Origin: Candidatus Yanofskybacteria bacterium RIFCSPLOWO2_01_FULL_42_49 | GTDB lineage: Bacteria > Patescibacteriota > Minisyncoccia > 2-02-FULL-40-12 > GWA2-44-9 | Direction of reading: 5' to 3' | NCBI GenBank assembly: GCA_001795615.1 | Contig: MGKI01000004.1 | Coordinates: 22,324 to 86,323 of the forward strand | Length of the DNA stretch: 64,000 bases | Part shown: positions 10,146 to 20,112 of the stretch, piece after piece | Numbering within the stretch: position 1 is the first letter of the stretch | Layout of the letters: each line of letters opens with the position of its first letter | The notes under the pieces: generated by a model | What the model saw: only the letters and a program-made list of their open reading frames with translations | What the model was told of the DNA's origin: nothing | Database searches by the model: none | Made by a program: the position numbers and the translations under genes

Positions 10146-10583
10146 ATGGCAAAAAACACTGTGGTTGAGGTATCGTTTGGACTAGGAAATACGGTACGAG
10201 TTGAGGTCTCTCCGGCGGGAAATGTAGAAGTTTCGGGAGTCCGATATGTGAATGTAACCCACCAAGTTCAGCCCTCGCCAGAAAAAAGTGGAGACGCAAA
10301 AGAGGTAACTACTTTCGTAGCACCCATTATTGGCTACGGAATGTGGCAAGTAGACTACATTCAAGGAGTTGAAGTAACATTCCAGCCGATATCCGGCTCT
10401 CATTGGGCCTCTCTCGGTTTAGCCCGACCAAGTTTTGCAGCGATCTTGTCACCTAGCGACGAATCAGTTGAAGTTTCTTCAATTGACTGCTACGGAAAGG
10501 AAAAACACATCCTTGGCGTAATGCCTTCAAGAACTCATGTCGTGGCGTCACAAAGTAAGGATGAGGGGGTAGTAGAAATGTAA
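10146..10583 (+). CDS. Hypothetical protein
   Basis: GAGG RBS before MAKNTVV; TTGACA at 10089. Confidence 0.65.
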   Translation: MAKNTVVEVSFGLGNTVRVEVSPAGNVEVSGVRYVNVTHQVQPSPEKSGDAKEVTTFVAPIIGYGMWQVDYIQGVEVTFQPISGSHWASLGLARPSFAAILSPSDESVEVSSIDCYGKEKHILGVMPSRTHVVASQSKDEGVVEM

Positions 10584-10718
10584 AAGAAAGGTAGTAAGCA
10601 ACAACTATATCAAGATGGTTCAGATTTCTAACTTAGCGGCCAATTTGGCCGTTTTTTGATGGATACGCAACGGTTTATTATCCATGTTTCGCGCGGAACA
10701 CTGGAGGAGTGTGGGATT

Positions 10719-11006
10719 CTTGCCGTCTTTGAATCACTTTGACGAATCGAGTAAAAGGATGAGGTTGATAAGGAAAGATTCCGATAATCACAGGTCGAAC
10801 GCCAAGCAAGGTAGCTTAAGACTCTAGTCATGACGAGACACTAGAGATCCAACCTTTTGCACGGTCGAGGGCAGTATAATCGTTTAACTGCCCGAGAAAA
10901 GGTTGGGCGAAAGTAGCCGAGGTCCCTCGCGGGGGAACCGGAGGCGTGTCGAGGATGGCTAGAGTCTGAAGCGAAAGATGAGGAATTGTGATGAGAAGGC
11001 GGTGAG
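10719..11006 (+). ncRNA. Structured RNA/ssDNA element, copy B
   Basis: Outer stem CTTGCCGTCTT/AAGGCGGTGAG, inner AGACTCTAGTCAT/ATGGCTAGAGTCT; shares blocks with both the 7.4 kb and 62.2 kb copies. Confidence 0.65.
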
Positions 11007-11017
11007 GCCGAACGACA

Positions 11018-12553
11018 CTAGGCAAGTTCCGAAAATATATTTTCGTTTACTCTAAACGCCAATGCTTCGGTAATGTGATTTTCTCTGATTATATCCGACC
11101 CCGCCAGATCCGCTATTGTGCGACCCAGCTTTTTGATTTTGTGGTAAGCCCTCATTGAAAGATTTTTATTAGTAATGGCATTTTTCAGGATTCTTTCGGC
11201 TTCCGGCTCAAGAACACAGTATTTATCTATGTTTTTAAAGTTAATCTCGGCATTGGTAAAAATGGGGGATTTAGCGAATCGGTTTTCTTGTATTTTTCTT
11301 GCCGTGACAATAGAATTCTTCATTTCGTCAATATTTACAATCTTTTTTTGTCCATTTCCGTCAACTGTTTCGCGCGAAACATTTATTTGTATATCCATTC
11401 TATCCAACAGCGGCCCCGATATTTTCTTTCGATATCTAATCACATTGATAGGGGAGCAGATGCAATTTAGTTTGTTGTCGCCATAATTACCGCATGGACA
11501 AGGATTCATGGCCGCTACAAGCATAAATTTGGCCGGTAGAGTGGCCGAACCGGCGGCTCTTGAGACAGTGACCATTCCATCCTCCAGCGGCTGTCGTAGG
11601 GCCTCTAAAACACTCCTGGGGAACTCGGGTAATTCGTCTAGAAACAGCACGCCTCTGTGCGCTAAGCTTATCTCTCCTGGTTTTGGAAATGTTCCACCAC
11701 CGATAACCGCCACAGCTGAAGTGGTATGGTGGGGATCTCTAAACGGCCTCTTAAAAGATAGGTAGGAATCCTTGATAAGTCCGGCAGAGCTGTGGATTTT
11801 GGCAACTTCCACCGACTCTTCTAGATTCATTGGGGGTATAATTTCTGACAAGGCCTTTGCCAGTATCGTTTTGCCGGAGCCAGGGGGACCAAACATCAGA
11901 ATATTATGACCGCCGGCCGCCGCTACGAAAAGAGCCCTCTTTGCGCTTTCTTGGCCTTTTATAAACGAAAGGGAATCACCACTATTAGCTTCATTTTCTG
12001 GTCTTTGTCCGCTAAAAACATAGGGGGAAATAGGGGAAAGATTAGTGATGTGGCCTATAACATCATTGATCGTGGCGGCGCCAATAATATTTATGCCGCT
12101 TATTACAGACGCTTCTTTAGCGTTAACTACTGGGACTATCAGCTCTTTAAAGCCTAACTTTTTAGCCAGGATGGCTACAGACAGTACTCCGTTTGCATGC
12201 CTAAGTGAGCCGTCCAAAGATATTTCCCCGATAATAAGCCGCTTTTCTGGGTTAAATTTTATCTGTCCGCTTTCAAGAAGACATCCGAGAGCGATGGGTA
12301 AGTCATAAGATGGGCCTTCTTTTTTAACATCAGCGGGGGCGAGATTTATTATAATTTTCTTATGTTTTCCGCTTGGGGGAGTTAATCCGCTGTTCTTTAT
12401 CGCTCCAGCCACTCTGTCTTTTGATTCTTTGACCGACTTGTCTGGTAAACCGACTATATTCAAAGAGAAAAGGCCGGGGCTTGAATCAACCTCGACCTCT
12501 ACAAGCTGCGCGTCTATTCCTACAACAGAAGCAGAGAATATTTTAACCGGCAC
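11018..12553 (-). CDS. comM: YifB/ComM Mg-chelatase-like AAA+ ATPase
   Basis: INLAPAD, GPPGSGKT, PHHT, LFLDELPEF, AMNPCPCG motifs. Confidence 0.9.
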   Translation of the reverse strand: MPVKIFSASVVGIDAQLVEVEVDSSPGLFSLNIVGLPDKSVKESKDRVAGAIKNSGLTPPSGKHKKIIINLAPADVKKEGPSYDLPIALGCLLESGQIKFNPEKRLIIGEISLDGSLRHANGVLSVAILAKKLGFKELIVPVVNAKEASVISGINIIGAATINDVIGHITNLSPISPYVFSGQRPENEANSGDSLSFIKGQESAKRALFVAAAGGHNILMFGPPGSGKTILAKALSEIIPPMNLEESVEVAKIHSSAGLIKDSYLSFKRPFRDPHHTTSAVAVIGGGTFPKPGEISLAHRGVLFLDELPEFPRSVLEALRQPLEDGMVTVSRAAGSATLPAKFMLVAAMNPCPCGNYGDNKLNCICSPINVIRYRKKISGPLLDRMDIQINVSRETVDGNGQKKIVNIDEMKNSIVTARKIQENRFAKSPIFTNAEINFKNIDKYCVLEPEAERILKNAITNKNLSMRAYHKIKKLGRTIADLAGSDIIRENHITEALAFRVNENIFSELA

Positions 12554-12558
12554 AATTT

Positions 12559-12648
12559 TTAGCGACTAGTGACTAGTGCTTAGCGACTAGAATTAACGAC
12601 TTCGCAAGTCCAACGGACTTGCGAAGTCGACTAGTGGCTAGTAGCTAA
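12559..12648. repeat. TAG-heptamer inverted arms around a 15-bp perfect inverted repeat
   Basis: TAGCGAC/TAGTGAC left arm; CGACTTCGCAAGTCC-AAC-GGACTTGCGAAGTCG; TAGTGGC right arm. Confidence 0.85.
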
Positions 12649-12649
12649 T

Positions 12650-13003
12650 TTAGATGGCGCACGTAATACATTTATGGGCTTCCGGCATAGCTTTCAGCCG
12701 TTCCTGGGGTATTTCCGAACCGCAGTTATCACACTTGCCGTAAGTTCCCATTTTTATCTTTTCCCTTGTTTTTCTTACAGAATTCAATTTTGATTCTAGC
12801 TCTTGGGCCATCGCAAAATTTCTATCTAAATCAACGGACTCTTGAGTGTTTTCGTCGTCTTCGTCCCCGTAGCTAGGCACCCTAACCTCAAAGTCACCCT
12901 TAACTAGGGGATTTTTATTGGCAATTCTGTTGAGCTGGTCTGTTAAATTCTTTTCTTCTTGCTCAAGAGTTACATCTAGTTTTTTTAATTGATCTTTGTC
13001 CAT
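12650..13003 (-). CDS. DksA/TraR C4 zinc-finger protein
   Basis: GTYGKCDNCG..IP.ERLKAMP...CITC. Confidence 0.88.
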   Translation of the reverse strand: MDKDQLKKLDVTLEQEEKNLTDQLNRIANKNPLVKGDFEVRVPSYGDEDDENTQESVDLDRNFAMAQELESKLNSVRKTREKIKMGTYGKCDNCGSEIPQERLKAMPEAHKCITCAI

Positions 13004-13208
13004 AAAAATAATCTAATCATATTCAAAAAACTTTTGCAACAAATTTAAAAGGCGCAGAGCACCCCTTTGAAAAAATGTGAAGTGTGAGTTCTGCGCCTCT
13101 TGTCCCGCCGAGGCGGAACGAAATTATTTTGCCAACAATCCACTGGTGTGTCGAACTGTCAGCTTGCCCCGACCGAAGCGTCGGGACGAAAGATCTACTT
13201 CCATTATA

Positions 13209-13391
13209 GGTGACACGGGTGGTGACAGTCAATACAAAAATTGTGGATAACTGTGTCACCAATCCGCCAACTGGCGGAGGTGACAAGTGTCACCACTTTT
13301 TCTAGCTTTTAAGCCATTTTTACTAACAATGGTGACACCGATGTGTCACCATTTAAAATAATTGTACACAGGATGTCACTAAAATGTCACC
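13209..13391. repeat. GGTGACA/TGTCACC array with a DnaA box
   Basis: 8 perfect and 1 near copy in both orientations; TGTGGATAA at 13242-13250. Confidence 0.8.
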
Positions 13392-13394
13392 AAG

Positions 13395-14897
13395 CTATTG
13401 CGTAAGTAAAACATCTATCGCCGTATACATTGCTTCTCGAGAACCGGCGACAACCAAATAGCTTTGTCCTCCGAAATCAACAAGGGAGTAGTCCACCGTA
13501 ATATCTGGCCAAGGGAAATTTTTATACCTTATGACAGCGCCTCGGTACGCGTTATCCAGGAAATTAACGCTTGCTTCTTTGGTCGTATCGGAGATAGAAA
13601 GAAAATCGGCAAGATCATCAGCAATAGTAAACTCCCAATCTGTCATTATCGCTTGAACCGCAGCCTTATCTTTGACTCTTGCCACGAAAGAAATTTTCTT
13701 CAAGTTTTGAACACTAAGATTAACGGTGCCGTCCATGTTGAATGTCTCTGACTGGCCATAAGCCAAGACAGCAGAGTCGGCCATATTGTCCTTCAAACCA
13801 GCGGGGTACATAACCAGAGCATTATCAAACATATTTAAGAAACTTACCGGAACCAGTGTCCCTTCCACATCTTCCATCAAATTAATTCCGGTAAATTCAT
13901 TCCTTGATACAGTTAGAGCATTAACAAATATTTTGAAGTCGTTGCTTATATTATCACTTAGAGAAACTTCAAAGTTGACTGGTGTTCCTCCAGAAACAGA
14001 GAATATTTCACTTAAACTTTTAACTGACGGAGTAGCGGTTATGGTGGGTGATGGCGTTGGGGATACGGCAACTTCCGGCTCTGAAACTCGCAAAACTAAG
14101 AACCAATACATAAATCCTCCTACAACCAAAATCCCGGCTATCAGCATATAAAATGGCTGGCTCAAGAATCTCATCCCGGGGAACATCTTTTTCTCTCCCG
14201 GAACAATTATAGACGGCTGAGCTTCCTTGGGTTTTGGTATTTCCGATGTCTTGGGTGCCGGTATAAACGGCAAGGGACCAGTTTTTTCAGCTCTCCCAAG
14301 CCCGATAGCGGACGGCATTGGCCCACTGGGCGGCGTAATGATTGGTTTTTGGACTCCTGGCATCGGTGGTCTTGCCTCTGGGGTGATCTTTCTCGGTATA
14401 TCAACCCCCGACGGTTTTTGACCGGATTTAATGCTGGAAATGTCTTCACCCATTGTCCTGATTGACGATTTATACTCTTGGAAAAATTGCCTCCCTGCTG
14501 GCTGGGGCGGTTGTGGTTGTAGTTGTGGAGATTGAGACGAAGTGGCTGGTTTTGGCGGCAAAAATGGCTGCGGTCTTGCTAAATTAGGAAGTGGCCGATT
14601 TGGCACCCCCGTGCCGACATTGCCTTCCCGTTGAGGCAAGGGGACTGGTCCCTGCGGCTTAACGCTCCTATCAATTTCGGTAACGGGAATCTTAACTCCC
14701 GGCAAGTTAGGAGGCGGTCCGATTGGCCTGCTGGGCGTACTCTGGTTCATCGCGGGTTTGTCTGAAAAGGCGGGACTTGAATTACTTTTTGATAGTTCTT
14801 TAACCAGCTCGTCTATGGTTGTTGAGGGCTTATTGTCCTGACTTGTCCCGAGCTTAGTCGAGGGAGTTGTGTCGAATGGTTTGTTGTCGTCAGCCAT
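13395..14897 (-). CDS. Pro-rich single-pass membrane protein
   Basis: Long Pro-rich N-terminus, one TM helix, C-terminal extracytoplasmic domain. Confidence 0.75.
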   Translation of the reverse strand: MADDNKPFDTTPSTKLGTSQDNKPSTTIDELVKELSKSNSSPAFSDKPAMNQSTPSRPIGPPPNLPGVKIPVTEIDRSVKPQGPVPLPQREGNVGTGVPNRPLPNLARPQPFLPPKPATSSQSPQLQPQPPQPAGRQFFQEYKSSIRTMGEDISSIKSGQKPSGVDIPRKITPEARPPMPGVQKPIITPPSGPMPSAIGLGRAEKTGPLPFIPAPKTSEIPKPKEAQPSIIVPGEKKMFPGMRFLSQPFYMLIAGILVVGGFMYWFLVLRVSEPEVAVSPTPSPTITATPSVKSLSEIFSVSGGTPVNFEVSLSDNISNDFKIFVNALTVSRNEFTGINLMEDVEGTLVPVSFLNMFDNALVMYPAGLKDNMADSAVLAYGQSETFNMDGTVNLSVQNLKKISFVARVKDKAAVQAIMTDWEFTIADDLADFLSISDTTKEASVNFLDNAYRGAVIRYKNFPWPDITVDYSLVDFGGQSYLVVAGSREAMYTAIDVLLTQ

Positions 14898-15051
14898 GTT
14901 TTAATGTTAAGTATTTAGAATTAAGTATTTAAGTATTAATCTTAAAAACCTAAAATCTAAAAAATTAGGCTAAATTAAATTCACTATTATTCTAACACAG
15001 CTGGCAAAAATAAGTTGTGAACAACAAGAAAAATTGGTACGCTGTGGCTTT

Positions 15052-15414
15052 ATGAACAGATACATTATGAACAGATACATTTTGCGTTTTAACACGACCA
15101 ACAAGAATAGCCGTAGCAATTTTCTGGATATCAAGTCCGGCAAGAAAAAGATTGAGACCCGAGCGGCGACAACAAAATACAGAGACATAAAAAAGGGGAG
15201 CCTGTTGGTTTTTGTCTGCGGAAAGGAAAAATTTGAGAAGACAGTCAAAAAAGCGAAGATATTCAAAACCATCTCATCTATGGTCAAGGTTTATCCGCCG
15301 AACAAAATAATGCCTGATATTTCTTCGGTAAGAGAGTTGAGAAAGGCCTATTTCAGTTACCCTCGTTACAAGGAAAAGATAAAAAAGTTCGGTTTGGTAG
15401 CTTTGGAGTTGTAA
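15052..15414 (+). CDS. ASCH/PUA-like domain protein
   Basis: IKSGKKKIETR motif; 15-bp tandem duplication gives MNRYI twice. Confidence 0.75.
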   Translation: MNRYIMNRYILRFNTTNKNSRSNFLDIKSGKKKIETRAATTKYRDIKKGSLLVFVCGKEKFEKTVKKAKIFKTISSMVKVYPPNKIMPDISSVRELRKAYFSYPRYKEKIKKFGLVALEL

Positions 15415-15439
15415 AAGTCGGCCCAAGCGGCCGATTTTT
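15413..15439. terminator. Bidirectional terminator between convergent ASCH gene and pnp
   Basis: AAAAGTCGGCC CAAGC GGCCGATTTTT. Confidence 0.65.
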
Positions 15440-15444
15440 ACAAC

Positions 15445-17571
15445 TTATCTCCTTGGTGGTTTCATTGTGAGAGAAATCTTCCCCGATGTGTCGTCCACTG
15501 ATTTTACCCAGACATGGACTTTTTGGCCCATTTTGAGAATGTCGGTAACCCTGTTCACGCGCTGATCGCTCATTTCGGAGATGTGGACCATTCCGTCTTT
15601 ACCAGGCATTATTTCCACGAATGCGCCGAAATCTTTAATAGCCACGACCGTGCCGTCAAATTCATCTCCGGCTTTTGGCTCATAGGTGACCTCCTGAATC
15701 AGCGCCAGGGCTTTTTTCATTCCCTCAGGAGTAACCGAAGTGACGAATACCGAACCGTCGTCTTCAATATCTATTTCCGCTCCCGTCTTTTCAATAATTT
15801 CATTTATTATCTTGCCGCCGGGTCCGATAAGGGCTCCGATTTTGGCGGGGTTTATTTTTATCGTTTCTACGCGCGGAGCGTACTGGGATAGTTCGGATCG
15901 GGGAGAATCAATCGCTTTTTCTATAACCTCAAGTATTTCAAGACGAGCTTTTCTTGCTTGCTGAAGCGCCTTCTCTACTATCTCGGGAGAAATGCCTTCA
16001 ACTTTTACATCCATCTGCATTCCGGTTATGCCTTCTTTTGTTCCCGCAACTTTCAAATCCATGTCGCCATGATGATCTTCTGGGCCTTGGATATCGGTTA
16101 GAATTTTGTATTTTTCTCCCTTTTCATCAAACATCAAACCCATAGCAATACCGGCGGCAGGGGATTTGATTGGCACTCCTCCATCCATAAGCGCCAACGA
16201 AGAACCGCACACTGAAGCCATTGATGAAGAGCCGTTGGATGAGAGTATTTCCGAAACCAACCGTATCGTATACGGGAACGTGTCTTTCGGTGGAATAATC
16301 GGCTCAAGCGACCTTTCCGCTAATGCTCCGTGGCCTATTTCTCTCCTTCCACCTCCGCCCATGCGGCCCACTTCTCCAACGCTGAAAGGCGGGAAAACAT
16401 AATGATGCATAAACCTTTTCTTGGTCAAATTTATTTCCATTGTTTCCACCCATTGTTCAAGTCCGGGAGCAGCCAGGGTTAAAATAGATAAAGCCTGGGT
16501 AGTTCCGCGATTAAAAAGTCCCGTTCCGTGTGAATGAGGAAGTATTCCCACTTCGGCGCTTAAGTCCCGCAATTGATCAAGTTTTCTTCCGTCCGGCCTT
16601 TTTTCTCCGCCAGCCGGCTGATCAACGATGTTCCTGTGAACGATTCTGTCTATCTCCTCCTCAAAGATTAAACTGGCTTCATTAAGTTTTTTGTCTAGTT
16701 CATGGCTTTCTTTGTACTGTTCTTTTAAGTACTCCATCAGCTCGTCTTTAATCTGGCCTATCCCGTCATAAAATTCCGACTTGTTTTTTCCGGGAGCGTA
16801 CAACGCTTTCTCAAGTTTTGGTCCGCTAAAACCGCTTATAACCTTGATAAGGTCTTTATCCAGAGTAGCTATGGCCAGTTCTTTCTTTGTTCGGCCTATT
16901 TCCGACGCAATATCGCGTTGAAATTTTATTAAGTTTTGAAATTCATTAAAACCGGCGTTTATTGCCTCGGCCATTTCTTTTTCCGGAACTATTTTAGCTC
17001 CGGCTTCTATCATGTTTATCCTGTTCGCGGTGCCGGCCACGACTATGTCGAAGTCGCTTTCAGCTCTTTCTTGGTAGGTCGGGTTAAACACCAGCTTCCC
17101 CCCAACCCTGCCGATCCTTGCACCGGCAATAGGTCCGTCAAATGGAATATCGGAAGTCATCAAGGCCAGAGATGCGCCAAAAAGAGCCGGCATATCCGGA
17201 TCATTTACTCCGTCAAAAGACAGCACCGTGGCCACCACTTGTATTTCATTTCTTATATTGTGGTTAAACCGCGGACGGATAGCACGGTCAATAACACGAC
17301 CAGAGAGAATCGCTTCATCTGACGGCCTTGTTTCTCGTTTTATCCACTTAGAGCCCTTTATTTTGCCGGCAGCATAATATTTCTCTTCATAGTCCACCGA
17401 GAGAGGCATGTAATCAACGCTCTTCTGGTGGGCCGACATCGTGGCGTTAATGAGAACCGTGGTTTCGCCGTATTGAACACGGCAAGAACCGTTGGCCTGT
17501 CCACCTAAACGGCCAAACTCAATAAACAACCGCTTTCCGGCAAATTCCTTTTCGTAGGTTTTTACTGACAT
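15445..17571 (-). CDS. pnp: Polyribonucleotide nucleotidyltransferase
   Basis: [20 protein letters not shown] and S1 domains. Confidence 0.98.
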   Translation of the reverse strand: MSVKTYEKEFAGKRLFIEFGRLGGQANGSCRVQYGETTVLINATMSAHQKSVDYMPLSVDYEEKYYAAGKIKGSKWIKRETRPSDEAILSGRVIDRAIRPRFNHNIRNEIQVVATVLSFDGVNDPDMPALFGASLALMTSDIPFDGPIAGARIGRVGGKLVFNPTYQERAESDFDIVVAGTANRINMIEAGAKIVPEKEMAEAINAGFNEFQNLIKFQRDIASEIGRTKKELAIATLDKDLIKVISGFSGPKLEKALYAPGKNKSEFYDGIGQIKDELMEYLKEQYKESHELDKKLNEASLIFEEEIDRIVHRNIVDQPAGGEKRPDGRKLDQLRDLSAEVGILPHSHGTGLFNRGTTQALSILTLAAPGLEQWVETMEINLTKKRFMHHYVFPPFSVGEVGRMGGGGRREIGHGALAERSLEPIIPPKDTFPYTIRLVSEILSSNGSSSMASVCGSSLALMDGGVPIKSPAAGIAMGLMFDEKGEKYKILTDIQGPEDHHGDMDLKVAGTKEGITGMQMDVKVEGISPEIVEKALQQARKARLEILEVIEKAIDSPRSELSQYAPRVETIKINPAKIGALIGPGGKIINEIIEKTGAEIDIEDDGSVFVTSVTPEGMKKALALIQEVTYEPKAGDEFDGTVVAIKDFGAFVEIMPGKDGMVHISEMSDQRVNRVTDILKMGQKVHVWVKSVDDTSGKISLTMKPPRR

Positions 17572-17608
17572 TATCTAAACACCAACAAAAGAGTGAGAAG
17601 CAATTCTG

Positions 17609-17730
17609 GCCCCGTAGTAGATTTTCCAGATACCCCCGGTATTGCGCCAAAGGCGCATCTGGAAAATTCACTACGGGGCTGGCCAAAAAACTCGATTTCT
17701 ACTGCGCTACTGCACTCGAGTACTTTGGCC
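17609..17730. other. Tandem long hairpins in the pnp leader
   Basis: GCCCCGTAGT AGATTTTCCAGAT...ATCTGGAAAATTC ACTACGGGGC, then GGCCAAA..CTCGA...TCGAG..TTTGGCC. Confidence 0.65.
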
Positions 17731-17836
17731 AATACAGCCCCATTCATAATTGGTTTTCAACTACTTTTTGTTGGTTATTAATTAACTTGGATTAAAGATA
17801 CCACGGATAATTAATAAAAACAATTCCGAGTAGCGG

Positions 17837-17990
17837 TCACGACACCCGACCCCAAGACGAACGTTCGGAGGCGGGTTCTCGGAAAAGTTTCTTGAGCGTG
17901 CTTTAGCCGCTCTAAGAATCTCTGTAGCCGAGAGAGAGCGTAAAACCCAGCAGGGTTTTGACGCGGTGAGTCGAGGGTTGGGTGTCGTGA
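17837..17990 (+). ncRNA. Multibranched structured element
   Basis: Closing stem TCACGACACCCGACCC/GGGTTGGGTGTCGTGA plus inner stems. Confidence 0.55.
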
Positions 17991-17993
17991 ATA

Positions 17994-18536
17994 TTACTTT
18001 AACAACACCTTCTCTTTTGCTTCTTCCAAATCATAAAATTCATTGGCGGCTTGAATCAGTTTTGACGAGGCGCTTCTCCCAAAGGCCATTACCTCAACCT
18101 TTACCCCCTTATTCGTTTTGAGGTAATCCACCAAAGGGACAAAGTCGCCGTCTCCCTCAACCAGTACGGCCACATCGATTTTGTCGGCTAAAATTACCGC
18201 ATCTATGGCAATACCGACATCCCAGTCACCTTTTTTCATTCCGCCGGGGAAAATTTGTAAATCTTTCACCTTCAACTCAAAACCGGCTTTTTGTAAAGCT
18301 TCTAAAAAAGCCTTTTCTTCGCCGCTTTCGGTTTTTATCGCATACGCAAAAGCCCTTATCAACTGTCGGTTGCCTATGGCTTGTTGCAAGATCCAGCCAA
18401 AATTAACTCTGGCCTTATATAAATTCTTGGCCGAATGATACATGTTTTGAGCATCAACAAATACACCGACTTTCTGGTGCCTTGTGAGTTCCTCAGAGGG
18501 GATATTCTTGGTTGATTTATGAGACTTTGGGGACAT
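17994..18536 (-). CDS. NYN domain (LabA/DUF88) protein
   Basis: VFVDAQN, KGDWDVGIAID, GDGDFVPL. Confidence 0.9.
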   Translation of the reverse strand: MSPKSHKSTKNIPSEELTRHQKVGVFVDAQNMYHSAKNLYKARVNFGWILQQAIGNRQLIRAFAYAIKTESGEEKAFLEALQKAGFELKVKDLQIFPGGMKKGDWDVGIAIDAVILADKIDVAVLVEGDGDFVPLVDYLKTNKGVKVEVMAFGRSASSKLIQAANEFYDLEEAKEKVLLK

Positions 18537-18542
18537 TACTAT

Positions 18543-18806
18543 TTAATTAAGGTCCAGTTTTTTAATTAAGGTATTGTATCTTTTCGGATGTTCCCGTTTC
18601 AGATGGTCGAGCAATCTCTTCCTTTTGGAAACCATCTTCAAAAGGCCCAAACGAGAACTGTTGTCTTTCTTGTGCTTCTTGAGGTGCTTGGCTAGTTGCT
18701 CTATCTCTTCCGAAAACAAAGCAACCTGCGCTTCCGCAGATCCGGTATCTTTGTCGTGGATCCTGACCTTTTCTAAAACCTTGGTTTTTTCCTTGGGGTT
18801 TAACAT
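18543..18806 (-). CDS. rpsO: 30S ribosomal protein S15
   Basis: [33 protein letters not shown]. Confidence 0.97.
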   Translation of the reverse strand: MLNPKEKTKVLEKVRIHDKDTGSAEAQVALFSEEIEQLAKHLKKHKKDNSSRLGLLKMVSKRKRLLDHLKREHPKRYNTLIKKLDLN

Positions 18807-18954
18807 GGTCATGCCTATTTCCCAGTAAGCAAGAGTCGATTGAAATATTGGCTACCGAGAAATCGCAGTTAATTAATATGCCTTTATCATATCAAAATTT
18901 ATAAAAATTGCAACACGGTTTAATAATGTCGCAAAATATATTAAAATATACTCA

Positions 18955-19866
18955 GTGGATATTAAGAAAACAAAAATTCAATATTTGGAATATCTGGAAA
19001 TAGAGAAGAATCGCTCACAGAAAACCCTTGAGAACTACGGACGGTATTTGGACAGGTTTTTTGGATTTGCCAACATTTCAAATCCCGGCCAGATAGACGA
19101 CGAACTCGTTAGGCAATATCGACTTCACCTTAATCGCCTCAAGGATGCTGATGGCAATAACTTAAAAAAAGTAACTCAAAACTACCATATCATCGCTCTG
19201 CGTAACTTTCTGAAATATCTAGCCAAAAGAAACATTCCGTCCCTGGCCGCGGAAAGAGTTGAGTTGGGAAAACAAGAACAACGAGAGGTAACATTTCTTG
19301 AGCCGGATGAATTGAACCGGTTATTAAATTCGCCGGACGGGAACGGTCTTGATGCCTTGCGCGATAAGGCGCTACTCGCCACACTATTCAGCACCGGAAT
19401 GCGCGTATCTGAATTATGCTCTCTGGACAGAGACAGAATAGACATAAACAGGGGAGAGGTGACTGTTAGGGGTAAGGGGGGCAAATTGCGGCTGGTGTTT
19501 TTATCAGACGGCACAAAAGATGCCCTCAGAAATTACCTTGGAAAAAGAGCTGATGTCGACGAAGCGCTTTTCATAAGGATTCCTAAGTCTAAAATATTTT
19601 TAAAAGACAGCAGCCTTAGACTCACACCGAGAAGCGTCCAAAGAATAGTAGGAAAATGCGCAGTCAAAGCCGGTATCTCTGGAAAAAATGTATCGCCGCA
19701 CACCTTACGCCATTCTTACGCTACTGACCTTCTCCGTAACGGCGCCGATATCCGCTCCGTCCAAGCAATGCTCGGCCACGCTTCAGTGACAACCACCCAG
19801 ATCTATACTCATGTTACAGATAAGCAGTTGCGTGAAATTCACAAGAAGTATCACAACAAGAAATAA
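18955..19866 (+). CDS. XerC/XerD-family tyrosine recombinase
   Basis: TGMRVSEL, GKGGK, PHTLRHSYAT, LGHA, TTQIYTHV. Confidence 0.93.
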   Translation: MDIKKTKIQYLEYLEIEKNRSQKTLENYGRYLDRFFGFANISNPGQIDDELVRQYRLHLNRLKDADGNNLKKVTQNYHIIALRNFLKYLAKRNIPSLAAERVELGKQEQREVTFLEPDELNRLLNSPDGNGLDALRDKALLATLFSTGMRVSELCSLDRDRIDINRGEVTVRGKGGKLRLVFLSDGTKDALRNYLGKRADVDEALFIRIPKSKIFLKDSSLRLTPRSVQRIVGKCAVKAGISGKNVSPHTLRHSYATDLLRNGADIRSVQAMLGHASVTTTQIYTHVTDKQLREIHKKYHNKK

Positions 19867-19881
19867 CAAAACCGATGGAAC

Positions 19882-20100
19882 TCATCGGTCTTTTGAAAAA
19901 ACAGCCGTTGCATGCTTTGCCACGAAAAGCCCCGGCTGAATCTGAATCTTGGAATCGTCGGACTTTGGCGGAGACAATGTCTGAGAAGGCAGAAATCTAT
20001 ACTTTAAACCGCAAGTATTACAGTGATAATCTTCGTAAGCAATCCGGACAATTTCTCCCAGCCAGCAAACAACACAAGTCGTTCCTGTTTCTGTGGCCAT
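19882..20100 (-). CDS. Small zinc-ribbon-like protein
   Basis: CVVC...CNTC; follows the M23 gene on the same strand. Confidence 0.5.
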   Translation of the reverse strand: MATETGTTCVVCWLGEIVRIAYEDYHCNTCGLKYRFLPSQTLSPPKSDDSKIQIQPGLFVAKHATAVFSKDR

Positions 20101-20112
20101 GGTTTTATCTAC

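Noticed and set aside
10917-10942. GGGGGAACC resembling the c-di-AMP (ydaO) riboswitch; GTGATGAG nearby resembling a hammerhead core
   Set aside because: The other conserved motifs of both families are missing, and the element is not in a leader position
13023-13286. 87-aa ORF
   Set aside because: Made of palindromes and GGTGACA repeats; no protein-like features
18955-19866. Tyrosine recombinase as a prophage integrase
   Set aside because: Size and motifs fit housekeeping Xer; no phage genes or att repeats seen nearby
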